Below, piece after piece: positions 49,701-57,339 of a stretch of DNA of 64,000 nucleotides. Location of the stretch: IMG/VR virus record IMGVR_UViG_3300045988_107471. The stretch is one strand, 5' to 3'. This DNA is from a virus. Within the stretch, counting starts at the first letter, position 1. Each line of letters begins with the position of its first letter. Position numbers and translations under genes: made by a program. The notes below the pieces were generated by a model. The model was not told the DNA's origin. It searched no databases and was given only the letters and a program-made list of their open reading frames with translations.

Positions 49701-50137
49701 CCTTCCGGTACGGAAATACTTGACGGAACCATAGCATCCACCAACATAATATTATCACCCAGATCTTGGCTATAGAATCCGAAGCCTGATTCTTGAATCC
49801 CATAAGTTGCATCTGATTTTGATACAAGAACAGGATTACTCATCTTAGAAGCCTTATCCAGCACCCTTTCTCTATAAGCTTCCGGAATAAGATCGATGTT
49901 GGATTTCACCTTATTGTAGGCCTGTTTATTGATAGGCACTCTCTTTCTCCAGTCGCCAAAAGCCTTTAAGAACTTATTAGAAAATACGGTTTTAAAAACA
50001 GTAGTAGCCCGTTCCCTGTTCTCCATAAGAGGAATAGATGCTATTTTATCAAATAACATAGACCTGTCCCCTGATCTGGTAGAGACAGAAACAACTTTCT
50101 TTTTATTATCTCTTTTAATAATACACGCTGATGTCAT
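43715..50137 (-). CDS. giant protein (2140 aa), probable virion-associated/multidomain protein; function unknown
   Basis: Single uninterrupted 6.4-kb ORF bounded by terminators on both sides; no DxDGD RNAP motif found by eye. Confidence 0.9.
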   Translation of the reverse strand: MTSACIIKRDNKKKVVSVSTRSGDRSMLFDKIASIPLMENRERATTVFKTVFSNKFLKAFGDWRKRVPINKQAYNKVKSNIDLIPEAYRERVLDKASKMSNPVLVSKSDATYGIQESGFGFYSQDLGDNIMLVDAMVPSSISVPEGPGIDAGQYLQDAISSDFTPVSMVQDKGVNYMVIKDGLKIFSPEELPEADSNPVGVTYQTGEPRLFFMNDRNQLFEDYGEALRSGGNDIRIGFLSGTVQESAWDGVADITYKAGRYVLNNPKSFIPVMTASASTSLSTKGGIINYLIKKGLLSGSKIFDPETRSYYITGEGHTGQIRLFNSALSYTELRNHFGSDVSMNDQGMITINSLDNSKVTMRLATGGTERVSKEQIKSDLKSGRYNELDAKYDHFDALVVSFILEDNDLYADTKAKIVSDYSQEERNQRNSIVEILKTLGVSVVGMTDYIEKYQTKYGHEPSAKALADIANNVIAVGEDATLSDLVEETAHFLVEAYRDQNAVESVLQDVEGTEEWNQYAGQYYNTYGKVYEGSELDNAVRREILGKILAREMQTGTAQAPVEPTSFLGRVRQLLSGIVNWLKSALSTQRQDLNNVIKNIRDLAITDIDKGFDTSLLKDNDFTLYSLSSMNKNKFLESKIRALRKTLRDLRQISSDRAVTTSMTLAQLKTIEDKINKVETEIDKNEMAAAMNSMISTAEAQVRYLSNVVNTILHGDTKDGKLHFNTNDRKNVDIINNQVLPIMNDLRGYIRNRSTEFDEREKQDYTNRINTVIADINGIQSDIKSVQDLDESTLLDKLMNELHVPADKVKRVKEFFDKVQHDVSWISRWFGILEHSSSPFNNALGAMIAKDNYNAMVNAQPAISDFLAYAKKHGFNKSEFEKLLQKVDGKTSNYLRSALDMAKYDRNKKLAQMRAFATAMNIEISEEEINDVVDNNRNYVFKREVVDKDGNTVTENAKFKPSSDRVNTDIFTIEQEKIYTEQMEKWDAENSELEFSESYATRMESIYKKAEEELGHPVSQTTKEYLNALSRQKRILRQPFIDSNGNFDEVAYYKSSNYEEEGLLRKQRKEAASEYIYVGTRRVEKTGDQLKMAKEIQAINEVWRKESNNVTNVISESFLQKLRTIQNESGGEAALKTLMLGGHLSFNDRFWNDVESEQSARTESNNKASYLKMAQDIISSTTSDRDATDVDSIVKDIEKNKAIIKEIIGNNRDVADIGEINEATFTSSERDAFRAASEAIEADYAILIDYAKMVGLEDIDKYLTKSSKAENEVNQSYLNALADSKEVEWKFVQRHTTAKKAKRIQALRDKLFKAADNRYLFTVSETNYLSEKLGISKELDGRDFRNAVNAKMASLFLNNTRESGIEEANAIVNEFARSQVFSYYKRMAPTGYAAMIDKIGRGEIDVAQMVKDVQNGTSTQDYGMDISYLSFDPARAWVAESEAENSGRNPDYVKDHGYGHRMPKKSLYRDESYFNDFGIKYDADGNEVATKNVDQWNMIQKLKEIKRQSLDLYKEQSPNLYAIPQISKQDIERIEGLGINFKNTVRNFVSDLCLDRVDDSLYGKTRQGEVYDPEDRLRSIPKYYIYELENQDDVSHDFGYSYSMLMMQSSLYNEKQKSIELAQGLEQMLLNKQFEGGKKAEATQAYQMFRDFFNDHYYGIRMNTKKLTVNIGGYTVDLTRIMMAVERFMSVMNLALSPFVAATGALTGHINLIMESAVGQYISKDSLKYASAEFSRLAPSCIAETGDIDRKSKLYVIGERMGIFNIRNRMYGAGYNRVARTLMRSPMYAFMEILNYPLDPQVMIATMDNVRYYKGRFYTFQDFKMEKERNKEQSTIKREWNALKDRTLWSMVDVVDGKVVVKPGSGVTVEEVETQMAITRNQVRSLSQICNGSLNEENRTAASRNWIARFMTAHRGWLVLAAQRLWKRRGFNFQTMQEEEGLSITLKNMIAKTFSLASEPGMKNIIDAWNENKDKMGEVEKTNLKRLSVYAGTFLIMQAVSMLLAGWRDDDENEESWLTQFGSYVGFRTINEIASQMPFIMELNVVDIINDPFVMGRKLKDLTDLRNYSLDKVTSGTYKGESKLFRQLAKQTFIKQWYNIKTPEDIARAYNWWQQTNNKSMMFFIGATPDSEGDDDVSYK

Positions 50138-50185
50138 AGTAAAACATTTTTGTTATGAGACAAAGGTAGTTAAAAATCAAGCATA

Positions 50186-50227
50186 TCATAAAAAATAAAG
50201 CCATCTAACTTCTCAGTCTGATGGCTT
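50186..50227 (-). terminator. rho-independent terminator (AAGCCATC/GATGGCTT + T-tract on - strand)
   Basis: 8-bp stem, 14-nt loop, A-run on + strand = U-tract on - strand. Confidence 0.55.
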
Positions 50228-50278
50228 AAAAATAATATGAAAAAAATTATAATCTGACGAAAAATCGTCAATTTCAGC

Positions 50279-50602
50279 TTATATGTAATGCATGTACCCA
50301 TCTCGGTGTATAAACCTTCCCGATTCAAAGCGCTCAATATCTTCAGAGCAAATAGGGCCCGAATCCTCTCTCCTGGCTTCAAACCAAAGCCCCGGCTTAC
50401 GAAGTCGGCAAGTTATGATATAATTGAAGCAATTGTGCGTAAAATGGAAAACAGATCCTACAGGGAAATACCTATCAGCTTGAAATACGATTCTTTTTCG
50501 TTTAGTATCAAACGTGATATCTCCTACTATCTTAGCCACGTAATAGCTTCTGCCATTTAACGTTTCATCTGTTTGTGGTATCCAATAATAACCTCTTGCC
50601 AT
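50279..50602 (-). CDS. hypothetical protein (about 107 aa, MARGYYWIPQ...)
   Basis: Start moved to the internal ATG because the 5' part of the track ORF is a terminator hairpin. Confidence 0.5.
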   Translation of the reverse strand: MARGYYWIPQTDETLNGRSYYVAKIVGDITFDTKRKRIVFQADRYFPVGSVFHFTHNCFNYIITCRLRKPGLWFEARREDSGPICSEDIERFESGRFIHRDGYMHYI

Positions 50603-50610
50603 GCCACAAA

Positions 50611-50650
50611 TATATAAAAAAAGTCGGACAAGACACATGTCCGACTTTAT
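50611..50650 (-). terminator. rho-independent terminator (GTCGGACA/TGTCCGAC 8-bp stem, 7-nt loop, flanked by A7 and T-rich tracts)
   Basis: Perfect hairpin with U-tract on the - strand; lies only 9 nt upstream of the 50602 start. Confidence 0.6.
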
Positions 50651-50651
50651 A

Positions 50652-50822
50652 TTACTTTGATTCATTTTCAAACCGCTTTATAAGAGAAGCAATATCATCA
50701 CCACAAACAAACATCATTCGACGTTCTTCTTTTGGTTTATGAGACACTGGGATGGTTTTGTTTATCTTAATCTGATTCGCCAGACCTCTGCCTAAACGAA
50801 TATCAACTTTTTTACCTTTCAT
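50652..50822 (-). CDS. small basic protein (56 aa; MKGKKVDIRLGRGLANQIK...)
   Basis: ATG ORF filling the 140-nt gap; below the ORF-track cutoff. Confidence 0.25.
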   Translation of the reverse strand: MKGKKVDIRLGRGLANQIKINKTIPVSHKPKEERRMMFVCGDDIASLIKRFENESK

Positions 50823-51129
50823 GAATTATTTGTTTAAACAGACCAATTCCATCTATTATAATATGACCGCTTTGCATACGACCATTATTAGGATTATGTA
50901 GAAAATTGAAACCACTTTCTTTTTCCTGTCTTTCAAAAGAACTGATATCCTTTCCTCTACGGGCTCTTTCAAAAGCTTTCTTGAACAACTTGCCTCTAAA
51001 GGTCTTGACGAGGATCTTGGTAGCGTTATTGCCGGCTTTTACCATTGCTTTCCTTGCCTGATCCTCCGAGACAAAACTGCTTCGGAAAATATACGATGCT
51101 GCTGCTTGTATGTCCTGCTTGGTAATCAT
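50812..51129 (-). CDS. hypothetical protein (105 aa)
   Basis: ATG ORF. Confidence 0.55.
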   Translation of the reverse strand: MITKQDIQAAASYIFRSSFVSEDQARKAMVKAGNNATKILVKTFRGKLFKKAFERARRGKDISSFERQEKESGFNFLHNPNNGRMQSGHIIIDGIGLFKQIIHER

Positions 51130-51476
51130 ATGATAAACATTTCTTTCAGAATACTGATCTTTATTCCGTATATCAATTTCATCTCATCTCTATCATATAC
51201 GTCAAAAAAGGATTCACTGGGGTCTTTTGGATTTACGTTCAATTGAATTATGCAATTACCGGTATAAACCTTAATTCCGTAATTATCAGAGTATATATCC
51301 TGCATAGTCTCAAATGTCTCAATTAAATTTTCAACAAGTACTCTGTTAAATGAAAAAGATTCTTTACCATCACCTTTAAATGTGATATGATCTAAATCCC
51401 TGTTGTCAAATTCATACTTTAATTGATTGCCGTCCATCATATCATAAGATATTGACTTTCTGATTATAAATCCCAT
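51126..51476 (-). CDS. hypothetical protein (116 aa)
   Basis: ATGA overlap. Confidence 0.55.
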   Translation of the reverse strand: MGFIIRKSISYDMMDGNQLKYEFDNRDLDHITFKGDGKESFSFNRVLVENLIETFETMQDIYSDNYGIKVYTGNCIIQLNVNPKDPSESFFDVYDRDEMKLIYGIKISILKEMFII

Positions 51477-51493
51477 ATTGTTTTATTTTTTAG

Positions 51494-51799
51494 TTAATAC
51501 AAATCTTCTGAATACAACTGTTCTCTAATGGCACTCCTATCTACTACCATTTCCTGATTATTGTTTCTAACAAGTTCAGACGCTTCCTCTCTTGTTAAAA
51601 ACCGGTTCTTGCTTGTCAAAAATCCTTGAACACTGCGGTTTTTATGGGCTATACCGTATGCCGCAAGTTGAGATAGTATAGAGGGGTGTCTCAATCCACA
51701 GAACACGGTGCCGGATGGTATATTGGTGGGCTGATAGGGACGCTTCTTGCCGTCCTGCACCCAGATGGCAGCGCATATCACGATTTCTTTATTACACAT
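51494..51799 (-). CDS. hypothetical protein (101 aa)
   Basis: ATG ORF. Confidence 0.55.
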   Translation of the reverse strand: MCNKEIVICAAIWVQDGKKRPYQPTNIPSGTVFCGLRHPSILSQLAAYGIAHKNRSVQGFLTSKNRFLTREEASELVRNNNQEMVVDRSAIREQLYSEDLY

Positions 51800-51801
51800 G
51801 A

Positions 51802-52077
51802 CTATAAATTTAATATTCCGTTTTTACCAATATGTTTCTTTTCTTCTTCAGTAGGCCATTCTTTCTTGAACTTACTGTGCCACGTTCCAGGAACTACCAC
51901 CACTTCGCCTCCCTTACTATATTCAATAGCGGCACATTCAGAACAAAGAGGCTTGCCTTCATATCCCTTTAGCGACTTATCGTAAATACGATTCTTACAA
52001 GGTCTTATAAGAGCCCAGTAATATGATGTGGCTGTATTATCTATACAGCCACATTTTGAACATACAAACAAACTCAT
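51802..52077 (-). CDS. zinc-ribbon protein (91 aa; CSKCGC...CSEC)
   Basis: Two CxxC pairs. Confidence 0.55.
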   Translation of the reverse strand: MSLFVCSKCGCIDNTATSYYWALIRPCKNRIYDKSLKGYEGKPLCSECAAIEYSKGGEVVVVPGTWHSKFKKEWPTEEEKKHIGKNGILNL

Positions 52078-52964
52078 CCCGCAATCTCCCAGTCATTAGA
52101 CATAATATCATGTTCGGTTGGATTCCAATTTGATGCTACTTTTTGACCTGTATCTACCATCAATATATTTACGTCAGATTCTACAATAAACATACAGATA
52201 TACTTTTTACCCCAATCGATTCTTTTTATCTTACGACCTAATTTAAGCTGTTCTAAAGCCTGTTCGAATGTCATGCCACGACGAGGCAGTTTGAGATACT
52301 TTTCAAGTCTGTCGGCAGCTTCATTTGGTGTATGGCCATCGTATTCGAAAGCGGTTTCTCTTTCAGGAACATCAAACAAATCCCAGTATTTGCTTTCATA
52401 GTGATTAGATACCTGACCGGTAGGTAGGATCGCCATCACAATAAACCAATCATCAGAACCGAAGCATTTTTCTCCATCGCTGTGTCTCCTTGATTTGCAA
52501 ACTTCAACCTGTCCGCTTCTGGCTAATAGATTAAAGAAGGCGGCGTTATACAACATGCGGTACCGATACAATTCATTGAAAGTATGGTATCCATCAGAGA
52601 CTTCTCCCACGTCTACAGGCTTCTTGTTTTGAATACTACCCAAAATATTCTCTATATAGAGCTGTATTTTATACATACCCATTTCGGTGTGGCCGTATTT
52701 GTTCAAGATATTATTGACATCGTATTGTATATTAAAATCTTTTTCAAATTCTACTTCAGGATGATTAGGATAGTAGTAATCTACTGATGCTTCTAACACG
52801 GACTTTACGTGTTCCATTACCCTCGTAGCATCATCATGTTTAAAAAAATGCTTAATTCTTTCAACGAATTTAATATCTTCGTTGATTGCTGATTCGAACT
52901 CTTCTTTTGTCATCACTCTAATTACATCTTTTTTAAAATCGTCTAATCCCATGATTTGTTTCAA
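52074..52964 (-). CDS. two-domain protein with C-terminal Tad2-like (DUF2829) domain (296 aa)
   Basis: C-terminal MTFEQALEQLKLGRKIKRIDWGKKYIC...NWNPTEHDIMSNDWEI matches the DUF2829 pattern (FeeAl.alk.GkkvrR..W......DWeI). Confidence 0.6.
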   Translation of the reverse strand: MKQIMGLDDFKKDVIRVMTKEEFESAINEDIKFVERIKHFFKHDDATRVMEHVKSVLEASVDYYYPNHPEVEFEKDFNIQYDVNNILNKYGHTEMGMYKIQLYIENILGSIQNKKPVDVGEVSDGYHTFNELYRYRMLYNAAFFNLLARSGQVEVCKSRRHSDGEKCFGSDDWFIVMAILPTGQVSNHYESKYWDLFDVPERETAFEYDGHTPNEAADRLEKYLKLPRRGMTFEQALEQLKLGRKIKRIDWGKKYICMFIVESDVNILMVDTGQKVASNWNPTEHDIMSNDWEIAG

Positions 52965-53169
52965 ATTAATTGTTACTATACTTTCTTTATCCTACAATAC
53001 AAACCCAATAAGAACTCAGCAGAAAAACCATCCCATGCATTATTCTGCCAAATATCTACTTTGTTAATAAACCAAGACCATGTGGGACCCTCATATGAAG
53101 AATCAGATGATGATCCCAATCCGATTTTCTCCATTTCATTCGCCACATCAGATTGACATACTCCCATCG
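52965..53169 (-). ncRNA. candidate TnpB omega-RNA / IS right-end region
   Basis: 205-nt non-coding stretch immediately 3' of tnpB on the same strand, where IS200/605 omega-RNAs map; no scaffold confirmed. Confidence 0.3.
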
Positions 53170-54309
53170 CTAAAGCAAATGGGATTCTTGGATACAAACG
53201 CAAGAAACCCCGATATTACTATCGCTGGAATTACTCTTGCTCTCCAATTCGGAAATGCCCTTCCGAAGTATATTACGGGCTGCAAGAACATCACGGTCGT
53301 TAACCGCTCCGCACGCCGGGCATACCCACGTGCGGTCGCGTAACGACAGACCTTTATTAATGCAGCCGCATTCGCAAGTTTTGGAAGAAGGATACCATTT
53401 GTCAATCTTGTGTATTGTTACTCCATACTTTGAAGAAATATACATTAGTTTATCAATAAAAGAAGAATGACTAAGATCGGAAACTTTCTTTCCCCACAAA
53501 CGTTTCATTCCTTCAATGTTTAGATCTTCAATAAAAATATAATCATATTGTTTGCATAACTGGTGTGCTAATCCCCATTGAAAATCTGATCGAAGATCTT
53601 TTATTTTACGATACGCTTGTTGTAGTTCAAACAGTCTCCTTCTTCTATTGTTGGATCCTTTCTTTGTATTAGAAAACCGTTTGTTTAGTTTTCTAATCTT
53701 GTTTTGATATTGTTTGAAGAATAATGGAGACCCAATTTTGCTACCATCACTTTTAGTTAAATAAGTTTTCAGACCAAAATCCAATCCTATAGATGCACCA
53801 TCATGTGTCTTTCTATAAGAGTTTATAGGATTATGATCTGTAATAATTATCAGACTATATCGATGGCATGTTTCTCTAACTATTCTAATTTGTTTAACAT
53901 TACCTTCGTAGACTCTACTGTATGAGAATCTAAATCGTTTCTTTCCTTTATTGATTGTTAGACAATTACCATTCAGGGTAAACCCACCTTGTTTGAATAC
54001 AAAAGAATTAAATTTCTCCGGTGATTTAAACTTAGGTGGTCTCTTCGATTTTCTTTTAAAGAAACGATTATAAGATTCATCCAGTCGTTCAAGTATCTCT
54101 TGTGTTGTTTGAGAATGAAGCAAGTTTCTCCTAATCCTTTTGGCAAAATGCTTCTTCATTTTACCAACCGATATATATTTCCCAAATAGTTTGTAGTATC
54201 TACGTTGTAGAGCTAACGCATGATTCCATACAAAACAACATTCACGAAGCATCCTTTCCAGATACTTTGTTTTCTTTGAATGGTATATGTTGTATTTGTA
54301 TGAAATCAT
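53170..54309 (-). CDS. tnpB: IS200/IS605-family TnpB (OrfB) RNA-guided endonuclease (379 aa)
   Basis: RuvC-I IGLDFGLKTYLTKSDG, RuvC-II IFIEDLNIEGMKR, zinc finger CECGC...CPACG, RuvC-III RDVLAARNI. Confidence 0.85.
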   Translation of the reverse strand: MISYKYNIYHSKKTKYLERMLRECCFVWNHALALQRRYYKLFGKYISVGKMKKHFAKRIRRNLLHSQTTQEILERLDESYNRFFKRKSKRPPKFKSPEKFNSFVFKQGGFTLNGNCLTINKGKKRFRFSYSRVYEGNVKQIRIVRETCHRYSLIIITDHNPINSYRKTHDGASIGLDFGLKTYLTKSDGSKIGSPLFFKQYQNKIRKLNKRFSNTKKGSNNRRRRLFELQQAYRKIKDLRSDFQWGLAHQLCKQYDYIFIEDLNIEGMKRLWGKKVSDLSHSSFIDKLMYISSKYGVTIHKIDKWYPSSKTCECGCINKGLSLRDRTWVCPACGAVNDRDVLAARNILRKGISELESKSNSSDSNIGVSCVCIQESHLL

Positions 54310-54384
54310 TTTTTTATCTGTAATTTTGATTCAAAATTAATCAAACCAATTCATCCACCTACTAAAGTATGGTGGTTTTGCTGA

Positions 54385-54660
54385 TTAAATAATCATAAAA
54401 TCAGCTTCGTTAGCTTTACCTTCTATGAAGATAACGGTTTTGCTTCCAGGTCTATGATCGTCTAAGCTTGCCGGGATTCCTAATATCGTCCATCCTTTAA
54501 ACTCAGCTATCTTAAAACGCATGACATCAAACACCTTATAGAAATCATCACAATCTACAGATTCTATTACCTTAATATCCTCTTCTGTGAATTTACCTCG
54601 TATTGGAATAACGTGATGACCGGGGCAGCCATCGGTTCCGAAATATGCGATTCTAACCAC
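54385..54660 (-). CDS. hypothetical protein (91 aa)
   Basis: ATG ORF. Confidence 0.5.
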   Translation of the reverse strand: MVRIAYFGTDGCPGHHVIPIRGKFTEEDIKVIESVDCDDFYKVFDVMRFKIAEFKGWTILGIPASLDDHRPGSKTVIFIEGKANEADFMII

Positions 54661-54680
54661 GATATTTACAATATTTTAAT

Positions 54681-54896
54681 TTATTTTGCTAAAACATTCA
54701 TATAACATGGCACATCTACCACATCTCTTCTACGAAGTCCCTTATCAAAATAAGAAACTATATAAGTGTTTTTACCTTCATGATCAGGTCTTGGATCAAA
54801 GCATTCAAAAACGAATCTTGTTCTACCTTCAAGATGACCAAACATGAAAACAAATTCGCCACCGTATCTTTTATTAGCCAATTCTTCTACGGTCAT
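54681..54896 (-). CDS. hypothetical protein (71 aa)
   Basis: ATG ORF. Confidence 0.5.
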   Translation of the reverse strand: MTVEELANKRYGGEFVFMFGHLEGRTRFVFECFDPRPDHEGKNTYIVSYFDKGLRRRDVVDVPCYMNVLAK

Positions 54897-55120
54897 AATC
54901 TGTCCCCTCCTAATCCTGAATTGATGCTAACATACTTGACACGGACATCATTTCCACGTCCAAGCTGACCCCAGCCGGGCGATGGCGTTCCCTTAGCCGG
55001 AGCAGGGACAGCCCTAAGCCGAGACCAGTCCTGCTTTTGTCTCATGGCGTCAGCCTCTTTGTAATACCGGTTACACAGTTCTTGATCTTCGTAACCAACG
55101 TAATCTTCCTTATTTTCCAT
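54893..55120 (-). CDS. hypothetical protein (75 aa)
   Basis: ATGA overlap. Confidence 0.5.
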   Translation of the reverse strand: MENKEDYVGYEDQELCNRYYKEADAMRQKQDWSRLRAVPAPAKGTPSPGWGQLGRGNDVRVKYVSINSGLGGDRL

Positions 55121-55189
55121 ATAGAATAGTTTTTCAACAAATGTACGACATTCATTAATTAATTAGATTTAAAATAAAACAATATGAAT

Positions 55190-55226
55190 TAAAATAAAAA
55201 CCCGATACGTTAAAATCGCATCGGGC
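55190..55226 (-). terminator. rho-independent terminator (CCCGAT/ATCGGG stem + T-tract on - strand)
   Basis: 6-bp stem, 13-nt loop, A10 on + strand = U-tract on - strand, just downstream of the 55248 gene end. Confidence 0.6.
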
Positions 55227-55247
55227 CTGGTATTGAAAAAAATAGGT

Positions 55248-55430
55248 TCAGATCTTGGGTAAAGATTCGAGCCAATTTTTAACATCTTTATATTTAGGGT
55301 CTTTGTCTATTCTATCTCTCAGTTCATGCAATGCTGAGTCCATAACCGTATTCGGTACGCCAATCAACTCTCCTATTAAATACAATGGGGTTTTATTTGA
55401 TTTAGATTCGTGTGCCATATTCATGTCCAA
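55248..55430 (-). CDS. hypothetical protein (60 aa)
   Basis: ATG ORF. Confidence 0.45.
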   Translation of the reverse strand: MDMNMAHESKSNKTPLYLIGELIGVPNTVMDSALHELRDRIDKDPKYKDVKNWLESLPKI

Positions 55431-55591
55431 AAAAAAGTTATGTGAAACAAACCGGCCACGGGTATTCTATTGCCCGCCGACCGGTATAACATTTTTTTTA
55501 TTCCTTTTTTTCCAAACGGGAAAAACGGGAATGCGGGAATCATATTTTTTACTATGGCTCCCGCACCACCGGAAGGACCCGGATCTGGATC

Positions 55592-55885
55592 TCAGGTCAG
55601 ATCCTTCCAGTTTATTTTTTCGCCGAGGTAATCTTGCACGGCAAGCCATCTTATAAAGGCTACTCCTTCGGGAGCATCCGGATCATCCAAATACATTAAC
55701 GTAGCTTTCACCAACTCGTTCTCACATTTGAAGACCTTCGGAAAACCATCCGAATAGTACATTGCAAAGACATATTGGACATCGCCCCATGTCGCTTTAT
55801 CCGGCTTCTTCGCTCCGCACTTTTCAAAAATATCTTTTATTTCCGGCTGCTTCCAGATCCTCTTGGATCCATCGACGTTGACCAT
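55592..55885 (-). CDS. hypothetical protein (97 aa)
   Basis: ATG ORF. Confidence 0.55.
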   Translation of the reverse strand: MVNVDGSKRIWKQPEIKDIFEKCGAKKPDKATWGDVQYVFAMYYSDGFPKVFKCENELVKATLMYLDDPDAPEGVAFIRWLAVQDYLGEKINWKDLT

Positions 55886-55978
55886 CTTCTTTACCGCCTC
55901 ATCAGCAAGAGCATTAGAAAAATGGTAGCCGTAAGTATCTACATATTTCTGATAAGCTGGATCCTCTGCGTCTGCTCC

Positions 55979-56350
55979 TCAATAAGAACGACCTCTGCCA
56001 CGTCCGCGACCTCTACGCATCTGAGGTCCGTCACCGTAGTATCTGTCGTCTCCATAGTAATCGGTCGGGTAGGATTCGTAACCCATCCTCCGGTATTCCC
56101 GGTCCTCCATTTCATGACGACGTTCGCGCTCCTCAAGCCTTCTTTCCCTTTCTTCCAGCTCGTTTTCGCGTTCTTCCATTTCCTTCATCTTCTCATGCAT
56201 ACCGTAATGATCATAAGGAGGAAGGAACCCATGTCCGTACTCCATGTACGTTCCATCAGCACGCCGGCTTCTGCCTCTGCCTCGTCTGTCTTCTATCTCG
56301 TCATATCCAGGATATTCTCTGTGTCCTGAATTTAAATCATATACTATCAT
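55979..56350 (-). CDS. RG/RGG- and Tyr-rich low-complexity protein with central ER-rich coiled coil (123 aa)
   Basis: RRGRGRSRR ... EERENELEERERRLEERERR ... DYYGDDRYYGDGPQMRRGRGRGRGRSY. Confidence 0.55.
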   Translation of the reverse strand: MIVYDLNSGHREYPGYDEIEDRRGRGRSRRADGTYMEYGHGFLPPYDHYGMHEKMKEMEERENELEERERRLEERERRHEMEDREYRRMGYESYPTDYYGDDRYYGDGPQMRRGRGRGRGRSY

Positions 56351-56357
56351 ATTATAC

Positions 56358-56852
56358 TTATTTCAAACGTTCTACAATTAACTTCTTTAAATCTTCGAAT
56401 GAATCAGTAAGGTCATTCACCTTATTTTCTATACCAGCTATTTTACGATCCTGCTCTCTCGTTTGTTTGAATGCCGGATTGATGTCTTCTAATATAGATT
56501 CACAAGCCTCTATCTTGGCACGATGGGTATCTACGCTGTCTATTATGTCTTGACTGGTGCTTTTTATAGCATTCAGTTCGTTCATAATCGGATCTATGCT
56601 GGTAGATAATGTTATACCCATAGCCTTAGCCACATTCTGGGATTCCGGGACCGTATAGGTCTTGGTTTCGCCAGTGAGCTCTACCGTCAGATCCACCACG
56701 CGGGTCTGCATCGCCTGATACTGACCCGGCTGAGGAGGAAGATACCTGGGTTCGGATACGGCTACTACCTTTCCCAATTCGTATTTAGGTACTGTATTAG
56801 TATCAAGGGTATGTACCTGAAACCCTTTCTTCAAATCTGAAAACATGATCAA
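56358..56852 (-). CDS. hypothetical protein (164 aa)
   Basis: ATG ORF. Confidence 0.6.
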   Translation of the reverse strand: MIMFSDLKKGFQVHTLDTNTVPKYELGKVVAVSEPRYLPPQPGQYQAMQTRVVDLTVELTGETKTYTVPESQNVAKAMGITLSTSIDPIMNELNAIKSTSQDIIDSVDTHRAKIEACESILEDINPAFKQTREQDRKIAGIENKVNDLTDSFEDLKKLIVERLK

Positions 56853-56902
56853 AATATTATTTAGGTGAAAATAGGGTGATGATCTCCATCACCCTACTGA
56901 AA

Positions 56903-57316
56903 TCATTTACCTGCTTTAACTTCAGACGCCTGGGCTGCCGCTACTGGAACACAGCAATCCATTAATCTTAACACGCCACGAACTTTATTGAAGTACAGAA
57001 GGCGTTCTGTGCCATTTACCATAGCAGCACCCGTTACAGCTACGTTAATAGGGTTCACGACATTCACTCCCGTAACCGAGCAACAGGTGTCGGCTCCTAC
57101 TGTTGAAACTGTGCTGTTTGCCGGGACCGCAATCTGTACCGGTAGAGCACTTCCGGCTGTGGGGACTACTTGCCTTATCTTAAGAAGGATAAGACCCTCA
57201 CACGGAAGGGCGATCCAAGCCCGTGGGTTAATACCGAAGATTGTATTTGTCGTACTGACAATAACATTCTTCGTAACCATCTCATACAACGATCCTATTT
57301 TAGAAACACAAGCCAT
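56903..57316 (-). CDS. hypothetical Val/Ala/Thr-rich protein (137 aa)
   Basis: ATG with SD GAGAGGAGG. Confidence 0.55.
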   Translation of the reverse strand: MACVSKIGSLYEMVTKNVIVSTTNTIFGINPRAWIALPCEGLILLKIRQVVPTAGSALPVQIAVPANSTVSTVGADTCCSVTGVNVVNPINVAVTGAAMVNGTERLLYFNKVRGVLRLMDCCVPVAAAQASEVKAGK

Positions 57317-57339
57317 ATTAGCCTCCTCTCTTAATAAAA

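Noticed and set aside
43715-50137. Genome-wide stop-codon reassignment (TAG or TGA recoding as in some gut phages)
   Set aside because: The 2140-aa, 752-aa and many 300-500-aa ORFs are intact under the standard code. The only suspicious case is the single TAA after 18380..19126, reported separately.
43715-50137. Giant ORF as crAss-type virion RNA polymerase
   Set aside because: No DxDGD double-psi beta-barrel motif could be found by eye; the nearest is YDADGNE. Left as function unknown.
50603-50671. N-terminal 23 residues (MKMNQSNIKSDMCLVRLFLYICG) of ORF 50279..50671
   Set aside because: The sequence is a perfect terminator hairpin with flanking A and T tracts. The start was reassigned to the ATG at 50602.
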